A stretch of 64,000 nucleotides of DNA, from positions 93,932,001 to 93,996,000 of the forward strand of contig CM052817.1 of assembly GCA_028534125.1 (NCBI GenBank), in the 5' to 3' direction. This document shows, one piece after another, positions 50,046 through 63,029 of the stretch. The position numbers were made by a program, and so were the translations under genes. Origin of the DNA: Lama glama. Taxonomy: Eukaryota. The first letter of the stretch is position 1. Each line of letters opens with the position of its first letter. Below the pieces are notes generated by a model. The model was not told where the DNA came from. It searched no databases and worked only from the letters and a program-made list of their open reading frames with translations.

Positions 50046-51599
50046 CACAACTGATATTCTTGTTACTTCTTTTCCTCATTCTACCTCGGTTAACACCAAA
50101 AAATATAAATGATAGGCTTTAATAAACAAATGTCTCTCTATCCTCCCACCAATGAGCAAGCAGTCCTTAGAGAATCACATATTAAATTAAATTTAAACTT
50201 TCTAGAGGGGAAATAAGACATAGTTTGACCCCTCAAAAAAGTTAATTTAGTAATAGCTGAGATATACTTTGAGGATAACTTGATTTGCATCTTAACCAAA
50301 AAAGATATACAGCTCCCAGAGGAAAACAGACAGCAAATAAAAGCAGAAAGAAAACTGTAGGAATAATACAGACTTCTCATGGATCTGAGCGAATAGAAGC
50401 TTGGAGAGGGAAAGACAGAAAAAGGCGTTCAGATTATGTGATGCTGCAAAACAAGTTGCCTATGAAGACTTCTCTGCCCCATTCATTCGTACATACATCC
50501 ATCTATTCGTTCAGTTTACAATGTGCCAACTATTTTCTCAGGTACAAGGAATTCACAAGTGAACAAGACAATAATAATATTACTTTAATGGGTAACTGAA
50601 AGGGATGCAATAATGGTATTTTAAAAATATCTTCCAGAGCACACAACATTTACTCTAGAAGTCTGATTGCCTGTGGTAGATTAGAATTTGTAGTGAAAAG
50701 AATGAAAATAGAAAGAGCGAGTTAATATTCAATAATTGTGATTCAATCATATAATACTTTAGATGTAAAAGCAAGACTATTGGCTTGGAAATTTCATGAA
50801 AAGATAATAATGTATTAATTCAACACATTTATTGTATGCTTGTCATATAAAGCCTTGTCTACATATGTGTAAAATGATCCAGACCCCATGAATGTCATGA
50901 CTTGTAAAAATGTCCAAGATCTCTCCTAAAATGAGAAAACAGATGACCTGGCTTCAACTGGTCTGATACTTAGCAAGGAAACCATACAGCACACGTGTAA
51001 ACTTGAGCTTCTTAGGCATTATGTGTGGAGCCCTTAAAAAGGAACACAGGTGAAGATGAAGAGAAAGACAGGAAATTCTTGAAGGTGTAGAGAGGTATAG
51101 ATATGTTACTATACTACCTCCAAGCTGTGATCTCAGATCTCTTTTGTACTGTGTTCTTTGCAGACGAGCTGCTCAATCAGGCTTGATAACGTGGAGTGTG
51201 GGGGAGTTTCAGAGGAATTACTCTGGTGCATATATTTCATGCTCTTGTCTGTTTAAATATTATTGCCTGCTCCTATTACTTATCATAATAAATCTGAGAT
51301 ATGTTCAGAACTTGGAAAAATCACTAAAAACCTTCAATTTTTAAATATGTCATGTCTGCTACCTTTTCAGTTTGTGGGTTCGTTCACTCATTAATTATCC
51401 ATTACTAATTCTCTCCCATTCCCTGAGAAAATTCGTATTTAGCTATTCATTCTTTTGATAAAATTATAAATAAACAACATTTTTCTTACATATTAAAAAA
51501 ATACTATTGGTTTGGGAAAGGATTTTCAAAAGTCCTTTATCTCTTCTTTTAGTATATGAAAAGCCAAACATGAGAGACTTTGCTCATAGCATTCTCCAA

Positions 51600-52320
51600 G
51601 AATGTAAAGATAGCCCTGAAGTTTAAGACAATCAGTGCTGACTTAGTGGAAGGAACTTTAGGGTCACAAAAGAAAAACAGGTTACTCTTCTGGCTCAAAG
51701 GATCATGGGAACAAGAAAAGTAGGGTAGCCAGGCATGAGCCTCCCTGTTTTCCCTTTCCAAGCTTCAACCTAGAGAAGATGCAATATTAGATAAGTTGAG
51801 AGGAGTGTCAGGAAAGGGCACCTGCAGGAGCCCAAGTGAGAGCAATTAAATCAGGGAGTGTTACTGAGTCCGGACCAAGCCATACAAGAAATATAAATTA
51901 CACCAGCTGCAGACTTCAGCCCTGAATGCCAGCAGGACATGCTGCACCCAGCTAGTCTGGCATATCACCTGGAGAGCAGAGGAGGCCCAGCGTGACACCT
52001 GAAGATGCCAACACCTCCCCACCTTGAGCAGGATGTTTTAGTTCCACCCATCCTCCTCTTCCTCCTCCTCCCTATCTCCATCAAAGCTGACAGTCTTAGG
52101 AAGAAGGCAGGGAAGAGGAGGAAGTTGTATGAAAGTCTCCATATTTTTATCCAAGAGGTATTATCCACTGCTTAAATAGCCAGTTTTAAATTATTGAACC
52201 AGATAAACTATATATTGGATATTAAGCTGGTTTTTCTCCCTTCCAATTAGTTGACAGAGGTTATATGTAAAGTTGTAGACTATATTCAGTAACTATATTT
52301 TCCTGCTTGCCAAGTTATAA
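51600..52320 (+). mobile_element. Ancient LTR-like relic, possibly Gypsy-type (LTR85/MamGypLTR-like)
   Basis: Begins tgtaaagatagcc; purine-rich body; tail 'ccagttttaaattattgaaccagataaac...ggatattaagctggtttttctcc'; by eye only. Confidence 0.3.
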
Positions 52321-52429
52321 TGTGGGTTGAATTTTTGACCCCGCTAAACAAACTTTGATGGAATTGCAGCCATGTGTCTGATATTGAGTCCCTCCTGCAT
52401 ACAAAGAAACTTAGAGACAGAATCATGGG

Positions 52430-52590
52430 ATTTGGGGATATCAGTACCTGAATAGAAATGAGGAAGAAATCTAGTCCCTCCTATATAAAAGGGCAAATGA
52501 CTTGTCCAAAGTTATCAATGGGTCAGGGGCAGAGTCAGGACTTGACCTTGACTCCCTACCTCTGGGCTGCTGCCATTTTCCCCAGAACAA
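52430..52590 (-). mobile_element. MIR fragment
   Basis: 'aatgacttgtccaaagttatc...ggggcagagtcaggacttgacc...tgactcc'. Confidence 0.6.
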
Positions 52591-52619
52591 CTAAGAAGGG
52601 GGAAATAGGATTTAAAGAC

Positions 52620-53243
52620 TAGTGGGCAGACCTGTGAGCTGGCCCCCAAAATTCCATCCCCTGCTGTAGAGATGCAGCCCCGTATAGTCCCCTTCTCTTG
52701 CATGTGGCCAGGGTCTGTGGATATGGTGGGATTTCATCCTGTGATTAGGTGACATTAGATGACAAAAGTGAAAAAAGAGAAGGGATGCTATCCAGGTGAG
52801 TCAAAGTTAATCAAGTAAAAGCCTTTAAAAGAGGGAACAGGCCCTTCTTAAAGAGAGAACCTGTCTTCTGCTGGCGTTGGAGAGTGATCCACCGTGTTGC
52901 AAGAGGGCCAGTGAGAGGGCAACGTGACGAGCAACTATGGGCCTCCGGGAGCTGAGAGAGGCCCTTGGCTAACAGCTGGAAGGAACATGAGGACCTCAGT
53001 CCTACAACTGCTAAGAACTTAATTCTGCTGACAGCCGTGTAAACATGGAAGAAGATCCCAAGCTCCAGGAAGGAATTCAGCAGGGCCAACACCTAGATTA
53101 TAGTGTCCTGGGAACCGAAGGAGAGGGCCCAGCTGAGCCGTACCCGGACTCCTGACCCAGGAAATTCTGAGGTAGTAAATGGGTGCTGTTTTACCTGCAA
53201 AGTTTGTGGTAATTTGTTATAAAGAGGTAGGTAACTTCTCCCA
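52620..53243 (+). mobile_element. MaLR LTR (MLT1E-like)
   Basis: 'ggcccccaaaattccatcccctg...aacagctggaaggaacatgaggacctcagtcctacaactgctaagaac...cggactcctgaccc...aaagtttgtggtaatttgttat'. Confidence 0.85.
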
Positions 53244-55219
53244 GACACGTACTCCTATTTTTCACTCAGTATGTGTTCATTCCCAGATGGTGACTTTTTT
53301 CAGTAGGTGTTTGAGATTTATTCATGAATGATCCTATGAGTCACACTTTAATTATATTTGTTAGTCAGACATACACTGTAAACCTATGATTGCCTGTCTG
53401 TACGTAGCTTGTACACTCAACGTCTGTGAAAAGGACTTTTGTGTTACACTTTAGAAGACTTGCCTGACAGGGAAATGGTGTCAGGCCTACCTTCTACTAT
53501 GGGATGAAACAGGAAAAGGGGAAAATATTATCTATGTAAAATAAAAAATCACAAGGTAGATCCTTAGGACGTTGTGACCTAGGACGGAGGGAGGGAGATT
53601 AAAATCCGGTTTCAGTTTAGCTTTACTGAAGACAGTATTTCAAGTTTGAATAAATCAAATATACCAGACTGTGGCCAGAATGAAATTATTGGATATAGGT
53701 AGAAAAACAAAATATTTTGTTGCCATAGCAAGCCAGGTGCATTCCTTTAGGCTAGGAATGTTAGAGTAAGACATCAGCGGACAAAAGCACACTGATTTCG
53801 TGTTTGTGCAACAACTCACAGAAACATTAACTTCTGGTTATCGCTACTTATTGAGACAACTGTCTTATAGTGCCATCCATCCACAATATAAAAGCAAGCT
53901 GTTTTGATGCTACTTTATATGTTTAGTTAGACGCTAATCAGAACAATCTGTAGATTAGAAAGTATTTACTGAGAACCAACTAACACTTATGAGTGTGAAG
54001 CCCAGGACTAGGTGCTAGAGACAGAGTGCTGGAGGCAGAGGCTAAAAGCCACAGCCCTTGAGGAACTCTGACTCTAATGGAGCTCCTTTAATATCCTCTC
54101 ATGTCCTCAGTACTGCACTGAGTCCTGCTAATAATCAGTCCTAATGATATACCTTCCTAATAGGTGCTTTGCCTGAAGAAATTTGACTCTTGTTGGGGAA
54201 ATCGAAATAAGCATTCTTATACTAGTGCTAACTTGGTTGAAGCAAATTATCCATGCCTTAACATTTCAGAGAAAGAGAAGTCACTGAGGGACAGAATAAT
54301 CCCAAAAACCTCATGCGAGGATTCAAACTGAGCCTGAAAGGAACTCTGTGGCTTCCTGGGGAAGGAGAGCATCCTGAGATGATGGAACATATGGAAGTGG
54401 GAATGGAGCGTGAATAAATTTAGTATGTTTGAGGAACAAAAGAAAATGAGCCTATGTAGAGCAGAGGGTGTTTTTCTGAGGGTAGAGAGGGTGGAAAATA
54501 AGAATGTCAGATAAAGGTACAGGTTTCAGTTATACAAAATGTGTTTTCATTCAAAGTTTTTTCATTTAAAAGCTATGTCATATTTGGAATAGATGCCGTT
54601 TTCAACAGAATCTGTTTGTAATCTTAGCGACATGTAGAAGCAATATAATGCTTCTCTGTAATGATATACAGAAAATTTTATCTTCTTCATAGCTACTTTG
54701 TCTTGTGCAAGCATTCTGAAAAGGAGATTGGAGAGAGAAATGAGATCTTCAAAAGACATCCTTATTCAACAATATATGCTTGTTGTCAGTTTTTTGTTTG
54801 TTTTTTGTTGTTGTTGTTGTTTGATGGGTTGGTTTGGCTTGGTGTCTGTTAGTTATCTTAGTCAAAAAAAAAGAGAGAGGTAATAAAGCTCCAATGGAAT
54901 GTCAGTAAGATATCTTATAAGAAAATTTAAATACATTCAAGTATTATAGGATAGCTCAAGATATAAAGAATCCCATCAAAATATAAAAGAAAGAGGTTAA
55001 CTTCAGCTTTGGTAGGGGTACAAGACTGCTCCTTTTTCAAATCAAAAGGAAGAATTAAACAAGGGTATAACTTTAGACCAGGAATAACAGGGTGTGAAAC
55101 CAGAGCCACCCAAAGTGTGTCGACTTGGAGGCCCCTATTATCATAGAGACTATAACACCATCTGTTGCTAGGGAAGAAACACCTACACATCTGCAAAAGC
55201 AGATCCCATGTCCCAGCCT

Positions 55220-56090
55220 CAATGCCTGGCCTGAAATAGTCACAATAGCATGTAAATGAATCCACCCCCAACCCAAACCTCTTCTATGAATATCACCAGT
55301 AACCTCCTAGTGCTTGATCTCCTTTCTTTATCCTGCTGGGGCTCCGAGGCATCAGATTCTATTAGTTATTCCTCTCTTTTTGTCATTCTTTCCTTCCTGG
55401 GCACCCACGGTACTACTGTGATCAACCTCCTCTCTCCCCATCTACTCAAATCTTCACCTTTGAGGCTGAACATCAAACCTCATTTCTTCTAAAGACTTAC
55501 AGAACATTCCACACCATACTAGTTTTTCCTTTTTCTGAAGTATTACCTCTCCTAAATTTTATATCCTATTATGTTAGTACATAGCTATTTATTTTCTCAT
55601 TCTGTTTGTGGCAGAATTTTTAAACATAAAAACAGTTAATAGGTCATAAGCATCTTATCATTATGTTTCCTTAGCTGTACAATTCAATCATATCTTAGAG
55701 TGACCTTTTCTTGATGTTGCCTTATTCATTGGTTCTAGTAGAATGGAAACATTATCTCCATAATTTAAATCTTTTAAATGAATTTTTTAATGCATTCCTA
55801 CTCAGTCAGAATTAATTCCTACTCTATTTCCTTAGTGAAGCCTTCCCTGATACCACTTCCCCTAAATCATTCATTACTTCCTCCTCTATGTTCCCAGCAT
55901 AAACATTTCTCCAATCATAAACCACACTGCATCATTCTTATCTGTTTAAAGTCTACCATGCCCGCTGGACTGTGGGCTATTTGATGCAAAAAGTCTCTCT
56001 TCTTTTTCATCCCTGTCTAATGGACTTCTAGCACTCTCCCTGGCACAATGATGGCATGGTCAATTTGATGGACTAGTTTTAAACATCTAA
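55220..56090 (+). mobile_element. L2 fragments
   Basis: 'tcaccagtaacctccta...ttccttcctgggcacccacgg' and 3' end 'gctggactgtgggctatttga...ctagcactctccctggcaca'. Confidence 0.6.
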
Positions 56091-56177
56091 GGAAAAGTAT
56101 ATCATAAACTTGAACTAGAAAACGATTTTAATTTGCATTTTAGCACTAATTTTCTTTTTAAAATTTTTTTGCAAAAT

Positions 56178-56365
56178 AAGTTTCTACTATATAGCACAGG
56201 AAACTTATTCAATATCTTGTAGTAATCTATAATGAAAAAGAATATGAAAATGAATATACGTATGTATGTGGATGACTAAAACATTATGCTGTACCTCAGA
56301 AATTGATACATTGTAAACTGACTATACTTCAATAAAAAATAAATTTTAAAAATATATATAAAAGT
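56178..56365 (+). mobile_element. Short young L1 3' end
   Basis: 'ctactatatagcacaggaaacttattcaatatcttgtag...gctgtacctcagaaattgatacattgtaaactgactatacttcaataaaaa'. Confidence 0.85.
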
Positions 56366-56539
56366 TTTTCTCAAATTATGTATTTCCAGAATTCAACTGA
56401 GTTATTAGTCATATATTTGTTTGAAAATTGTTGTTTACACTTTTTCAAAACTGTTCAAACTGAATCCCTTTCACTTCTGCCTTTTCAATTACTTTTGGTC
56501 TGTTAGCTTTTATTACCTAATTAACAGCCTTCTTTGCAA

Positions 56540-56715
56540 GTTTTTTTAAAACCAGCTTTTAAAAACTATCTGGGCCTAGTTCCCATACCTAGCAATTCTG
56601 ATTTAATTATTTGAAATGGGTCTAGCAGCAATATATTTTTCAAATACATTTATACTTTTTTCAAACTCCCTATATTCATTCCTATGTGCCCTCAAGATTG
56701 AGTGCCACTACTTTA
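56540..56715. mobile_element. MER5-type DNA transposon
   Basis: 'ctgggcctagttccc...ttctgatttaatt...gaaatgggtctag...caagattgagtgccact'. Confidence 0.5.
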
Positions 56716-56909
56716 GAGTGAATATGTATGCCAACTGCTCAACCCAGAAGGCTGAAACTTTGTTTTTATTAGTACTACATACTATTTACCTATAGAATTT
56801 TATAAGACTTTTCATCAATGATAGATAAGAATTTCCCACAGTGAGACTTTTTAAGACTGCATCTAAAATAAATTATTGAAAACTCCACACAATCATAAAA
56901 ATTATAGAA

Positions 56910-58450
56910 CAAAAAGGGACCTAATGGAACAGAATAGAGAGCAGAGGGAAAAAAATGCATGAGTATTTGGTCAATTAAATTATGACAAAGGAACCAAGAA
57001 TAAGTAATGGGGAAAGGATAGTCTCTTCCATAATCAATGGTAGGAAAACCAGACAGTCGCATACAAATGAATGAAACCTGACCCCTCTCTTACACCATAC
57101 ACAAAAATCAACTCAAAATGGATTAAAGACTTGAAAATAAGGCCTTGACCATAAGAATTTTAGAAGAAAGCATAAGAGGGTAAGATCCTTGACAGTGGTT
57201 TGGGCAACAATTTTTTAGATTTGACACCAAAAGCAAAGGCAAAAAAAAAAAAAAAAAAGCAAAAATAAGCAAGTAAGACTACCCCAAATTAAGAAATCTA
57301 AGAAGCTTCAAAAAAGACCATCAGCAAAATTTAAAGGAGGCAAACTATGGAATGGAAGAAAATATTGGCAAAACACATATCCAATAAGGAGTTAATATCC
57401 AAAATACACAAGGAACTTATACAATTCAATAAAGAGCAGAAAAACAAATAATTCAATTTAAAAATGGGCAAAGGATATGAACAGTTTTTCAAAGACATAC
57501 AAATAGCAAACAGGTACATGAAAAGGTGTTCCACACCACTAATTAGAGAAATGCAAATCAGAACCGCAATGAGAGATCACTTCACCCCTGTTGAGATGGC
57601 TATTACCAAAAAAGAGAACAGAGAACAAGTGTTGGCAAGGATGTGGAGAAAAGGGAGCCCCCATACACTGTTGGTGGGAATGCAAACTGGTACAGTCAGT
57701 ATGGAAGACAATATTGAGATTCCTCAAGAAATTAAAATATAACTACTATATGATCTAGCAATTCCACTTCTGGGTTTATATCCAAAGGAAATGAAATCAT
57801 TATCTTGAAGAGATACCTGCACTCACACGTTCACTGTAGCATTATTCACAATAGCCAAGATACGGAAACAACTGAAGTGTCAGTCAATACGAATGGGTGA
57901 AAAAGATATGGTACATATATACAATGGAATGTTAGCCTTAAAAAAGGAAATCCTGCTATTTGGGACAACATGAATAAACCTGGAGGGCATTATGCTAAGT
58001 GAAATAAGCCAAAAAGAGAAAGACAAATACTGTATGGTATCACTTATATGATATGTGGAATCTTAAAAAAAAAAAAAAAAAAAGTCAAACTCATAACAAC
58101 AGAATAGACTGGTAGTTGCCAGGGAAGAAATAGGGAGAGGCTGGTAAAAGTTACAAACTTTTACTTATGAGATGAGTAAGAATGACAATCTAATGTATAA
58201 CATGGTGACTACAGTTGATAACACTGTCTTATATGATTGAAATTTGGTAAAGAAGTAGAACTTAAACATTCTCACCAAAACAAACAACAGAAAAGGTAAA
58301 AATATGTGAGATGATGGATGTGTTAACTCAGTGGAGGGAAATTTCTCACAAGGTACACACATATCAAATCATCACATTGTACACTTTAAATATCTTACAA
58401 TTTTATTTGTCAATTATACCTCAATAAAACTGAAAAGAAAAGAAAAGAAA
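56910..58450 (+). mobile_element. L1 (L1MA9-like) ORF2 C-terminal part, 3' UTR and A-rich tail
   Basis: ORF 57464-57742 ([33 protein letters not shown]) is ORF2; 3' UTR 'aaatcatcacattgtacactttaaatatcttacaattttatttgtcaattatacctcaataaa'. Confidence 0.92.
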
Positions 58451-58469
58451 GGTACCTAATGGATCATAA

Positions 58470-58600
58470 ACGCCAACTCTTTCAATTTATAGATAAGAGA
58501 TTCCAGTTCTAGAAGTTTAAGAGATCTGTCCAAAGTTAAACAGCTGAAAAGTGACAGCATTAGACATTAAACCTGGTTTTCTGGTTACCTATCCAATATA
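58470..58600 (-). mobile_element. MIR fragment
   Basis: 'tttatagataagag...gagatctgtccaaagttaaacagctg...aaacctggttttctgg'. Confidence 0.55.
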
Positions 58601-58609
58601 CACAGAAAG

Positions 58610-60340
58610 TTATAATGACTCAGAAAGACCTACATTTGTCCTGATAAAAGCCAAGAAACAAAGGAATCTAAAACATACTTTTGAGGGGAATCCCAACAAG
58701 AATTTAAAATCAACACATACTTAAGAGGATAAAAGAACATATTAGTAACACAAAAGAGTTAAAAACCCATAAAAAGAAAGAACTATGTGGAAACATTTAA
58801 AAATACAGTTGAAATAAAGAGTACAATAGATAGTATAAGGTGGTCACAATACCAGTTTTAAAAAATATATCAAATTTTGGAACTCTCCCAAAAGTCGAGG
58901 AAAAAAATAAATAGAAAATATGAAGAAAAGTTAAGAGCATAAAAGTAGAAATGCTAAAACTGAATAACAAGAGACTCAAAAGAAGAAAACAGTAAAAACG
59001 AACAAAAAAAGGAAATATTTGAAGAAATATGGAGATAAATTTCCCAGAATTCAAGAAAGACAACAGATCTCAAATGGAAGGTTCATAAAGTACCAGCGAA
59101 GTAAGACTTGATGCCAATACTTACTATGGCTCATTTCAAAGCAAAAAATTTAAAACGTTTCTAGAGTAAAAGAGTATGGCACAATAGAAGAAGGAGCTTA
59201 TTGACCTTAGACGTCTCAGCTCCTTTATAGGATGCAACTAGTCAACGAAGTAATTTTAAAAATTGAAGGAAAAGAACTCTGAACCTAGAATTTTGTGTAT
59301 AGCAAAACTGTCATTCAAATATGAGGGTGTAATAAAAATATTTTTAGGCAGAGTCTCAGAAGGTGTGCCACACAGAAATCCACATTAAATACTACCAGCA
59401 AAAATACAAGAAAGAAAAAGAGAGGGAGAGGAAGGGAGGAAAGAAGGCAGGCAGGATTTTAATTCAGGATGTACTAGAAAGACATGAAAAGTAAGGGTAA
59501 TTACATATCTTCTCAGAGTTTCTTTTTGCCTAGAAATTAAGGTTTAAAATTTTAAAGAAGAAAAAGTGCATGTATTACTCACAACTAACACTCTCAACTA
59601 TATTACTATGATGAAGGTGGGAGAGAGAGAGACCAAAAAAGACATGAGTAAATTAAAGTACTTGTTTTATTAAGAGAAGCAATACAGACACTAATAAGAT
59701 AAAAAACTTGTTTTGGGTAAATAAACATTAGTACCAGTGGAAACGGTAACAGGCATAACAGGGGCAACCAGAGTGAGGACAAAATTGAATATATAATTTT
59801 AAGCCAAAAGAAACAAATTTGATCTGCGTAATAGAAAACAAGAAAAGGAGGGGAAAAAAAACAAGTCACTGGAAAAATATGAAATGATATCTAGCAATAA
59901 ATCTTAGGAGAATGGTAATACAAAAATCACAAATAGGATAAATAAATCAATTCAGAAACAGAGACTCAAAATTGATTTTTAAAAATACCCAACAAAATAT
60001 TGTCTAGTAGAGCACACCTAAAACAAAAAGCTTTCAAAAGTTTTAAAATAAAGATTAGACTAGGCTAGTATGAAGCTAAAGGAATCTGGGCTAACAAATT
60101 TAGCCTAAATGACAAATAAAGTTTAGGCCAAAAGTTTAGATAGGTAGATAGATAAATAGATAGACAGACAGACAGAGATACATGTATGTACATATATGCA
60201 TAAGTATACAGTTATTATACATTATGCATATAAATATGCATGCACATATATACATATATATGTAGTGAGCAAAGAACATAATATACTGGCAAAAAAAGCA
60301 ACAGAAAAAGACATACAATAAAAGTAACTCTACCTAACAA
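58610..60340 (+). mobile_element. Ancient L1 ORF1 region and start of ORF2
   Basis: 'aatttcccagaattcaagaaagac', 'gaacctagaattttgtgtatagcaaaactgtcattcaaatatgaggg' (ORF1); 'cagagactcaaaattgatttttaaaaatacccaac...tgtctagtagagcacacctaaaaca' (endonuclease start). Confidence 0.7.
60137..60262. repeat. (GATA/GACA)n plus TA-rich simple repeat
   Basis: Seen directly. Confidence 0.85.
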
Positions 60341-60349
60341 GACATCCTC

Positions 60350-61010
60350 AGATCTAGGTGGTGATGAGAACTGAGCAGAAGCACTCGAATTGGAGATCTA
60401 ATTTGAAGGTAGAGCTGATAGGACTTGCTGATGGACTAGATTTCGGGGATGAGGTGGGGGAGCAAAAAGAATCACAAATTCATTGAGGTGGAAAAGAAGA
60501 GGGAAGAGCCAGTTACCAAGGGTGGTGGAGGCTAGAAATTAAGTGCTTACTTTTGGACTTAAATTTGGGATGCTCATTTGATATCCAACTGGAGACCACA
60601 AGCAGGTAGTTGGATGTACAAGTCTTGTAGCTCATGCAGAGGGCAGGCATGTAGATGGAACTCTGGGAGTCATCACCAAATAGACTGCATTTAAAGTAAT
60701 GGGTTTAGGTTAGATTGTCTGAATAGAGCAAAAATAGAGAAGAAAGTGGGCTGGGGGCTGAACTCTGAGCACCCTACTGTGAATGGATCAAGCAGAGAAC
60801 GCTGTGCAAGCAAGGAAAAGCCAGGGTGGTGTGTTCTAAAAGGCACATACTAAGTTTTAAGAAAAGAGCAATCAGCTGAGTCATATATTGCTGAGAATGT
60901 GAGTAACTTAAGGGGAGGAAATTCACCATTGGATCTGGTGTTAGTAGATACCTCAATAAAAGTTCTGAAGAAGTGGTGGTGAAATCAATATCTTATGAGC
61001 TGGGTCAGTA
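60350..61010 (-). mobile_element. L2
   Basis: 'gaaggtagagctgataggacttgctgatggactaga...gcaggtagttggatgtacaagtc...ctgggagtcatcacc...gaactctgagcaccc'. Confidence 0.85.
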
Positions 61011-62463
61011 TGGGGCTTATCATCTCTAGGTAGATAAATCAATTCTGTTTTGGGACCAGTAAGGCTGAATATGCTGATCTACTGAGACACTGACACCTGG
61101 TGACACTCCACTGAGAGAACAAGTTGACAAACCTTATTTATTCTTATGTCACCTTCTGCTAATTTAATTAAAATATAAACAGAAGTTTTAATATGATACT
61201 TTCAATGTCCTGTGAGGCTTTATGCTTACAGTAATCTAATGGTTAATTCCTCTATTGGTTGAAAAATCTGCTTAAAATCAGTTAATACTATTTTTTAAAT
61301 AAATAAAAAATCTTACATGATTTTTCACAAAGGATTCACTTGGAGAGGAAAAAAAGTAACCCAATTCATAGGACAATTGTGAAGAATTTCTAGGCTTGTA
61401 ATAGTATAGAAAAAATAGGCGATTTAAGAGCAGAGGAGGTTTAGTCCCCAGGAATTGGCTTATCCAGGATTGAAAATCTACAGATAGATACGGAATCACA
61501 AAGAACCACACAACTTACTTACTGAGTGCTTCATTAAGTGGGGTCGGAAACAAGAATGCTTATTATAACCCAATAAAGGCCCTTCCTCTCCCTAGTAGCC
61601 TTCAGCCACAATAGGGGAAAAAAGAAAAAAGTGAATAATAAAAAATATCTAACCAACAGCCATAATTTTTTATCCTCTTCTATGAGCTCCTGTAGCCCCA
61701 CCCCTCACCACCTACTCCTCAAACATAGACATACAGACTCTTTCCTTTTCTCATTGTTTTTTTCTGACCTGGAAAAAAGACTAAGAAAGTCTCCCAGCAT
61801 CATCAGTGAGGGAGGAAAGATGGACCAAACTCAGTAATAACGCCAACAAATCTAAATCAACTTTGCCTATACGAAGGCGTCCAGTACCTATTCCTCCTCT
61901 ACTGCACTGAAATAGATGGTGGTTTTCTCAATAGATTCATTAAGTATCTCAGACACGACCAGTATTTCAAAGTGAAAGTTGGGTAAGAAAAGCAAGAAAA
62001 GAAAAATGATTTTGAAAACTAGTGGAGCAACTGGAAAATAAAACACTGGGTAAATTAATCAAGGTTTGAGATCTGTGCCTTATCTCTGCATTCTTCCTAC
62101 TGTCTTAGAACGTATCTTCATGACCTATATACTTAATTACAGTAAGATCCTGTGTGTGTGTGTGAATGTGTATTAGTATTTCACTATTTGTCTTTGTCTC
62201 TCTACATAAATTGCCAAATTAATCTTAGCAATATCCTGCTTTGCTCATACCAATCCCTTGTGGAAAATGTATAATTCTCTTTAACCCAACATAAAAAAGT
62301 ATGACAGTCTATGGCCATTATATGCACAAACAGTCCAGTGTTCCAGCAACCTTTCCCTCTTTCCATGCTTTTTATAAACTAGCTCTGTATCCTACCATTC
62401 AAATTAATTTCTTATCATGCCAAACAGACGATCACATCTATAAGACCTCTCCCTTCCCACCTC

Positions 62464-63029
62464 TGAGATAGGAAGGATGGGAGCAGGTCACAGCCATTCA
62501 AGAAACGACACAGCATTTAACATGAAGGTGGCAGAAAATTCAACTCTCAACAGGCCCTGAGGCCCAAGATGGCAGGAGATTTTGCTCCCAGTAGACCTTG
62601 AGCTTCATTATATGATTGTAATACATTAACATGATAAATGGCACTTCCTCAGGTGCCATGGAAGTTCCAAGGCTAACCATAATAGGTCAAAAAGTGGGCG
62701 GTGGTCCAGTTCCTGAGAATCTCAGCCCCTTTCCCCAAAATAGTTGGAATAATCCTCCCACTTGTTAGCCCATGAAGCTACCAAGCCCATAAAAACTAGC
62801 AACACTGTGCCTTTCATCCTTTTGCTCCCTCGCCTTCCAAGTTGGCCCACACTCTGTCTATGGAGTATGTATCTCTCTAAATAAATCTACCTTTACTCAA
62901 ATGTGGCTCACTCTTGAATTCTTTCCTGTGCAAAGTCAAGGACCCACACTTGGCAGGATGCATCCCAGGGACTCAGCTGAGACCTGGGACACGGCCATTC
63001 TCTCACCCTACATTTTTTTTCCTGTATCA
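62464..63029 (+). mobile_element. MER41-like ERV1 solo LTR (566 bp)
   Basis: tgagatagga...cctgtatca termini; near-TSD cctc/cctt; 'ctcattata..catt..cat', 'cttgaattctttcctg' and AATAAA at 62880-62885 follow the MER41 architecture. Confidence 0.8.
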
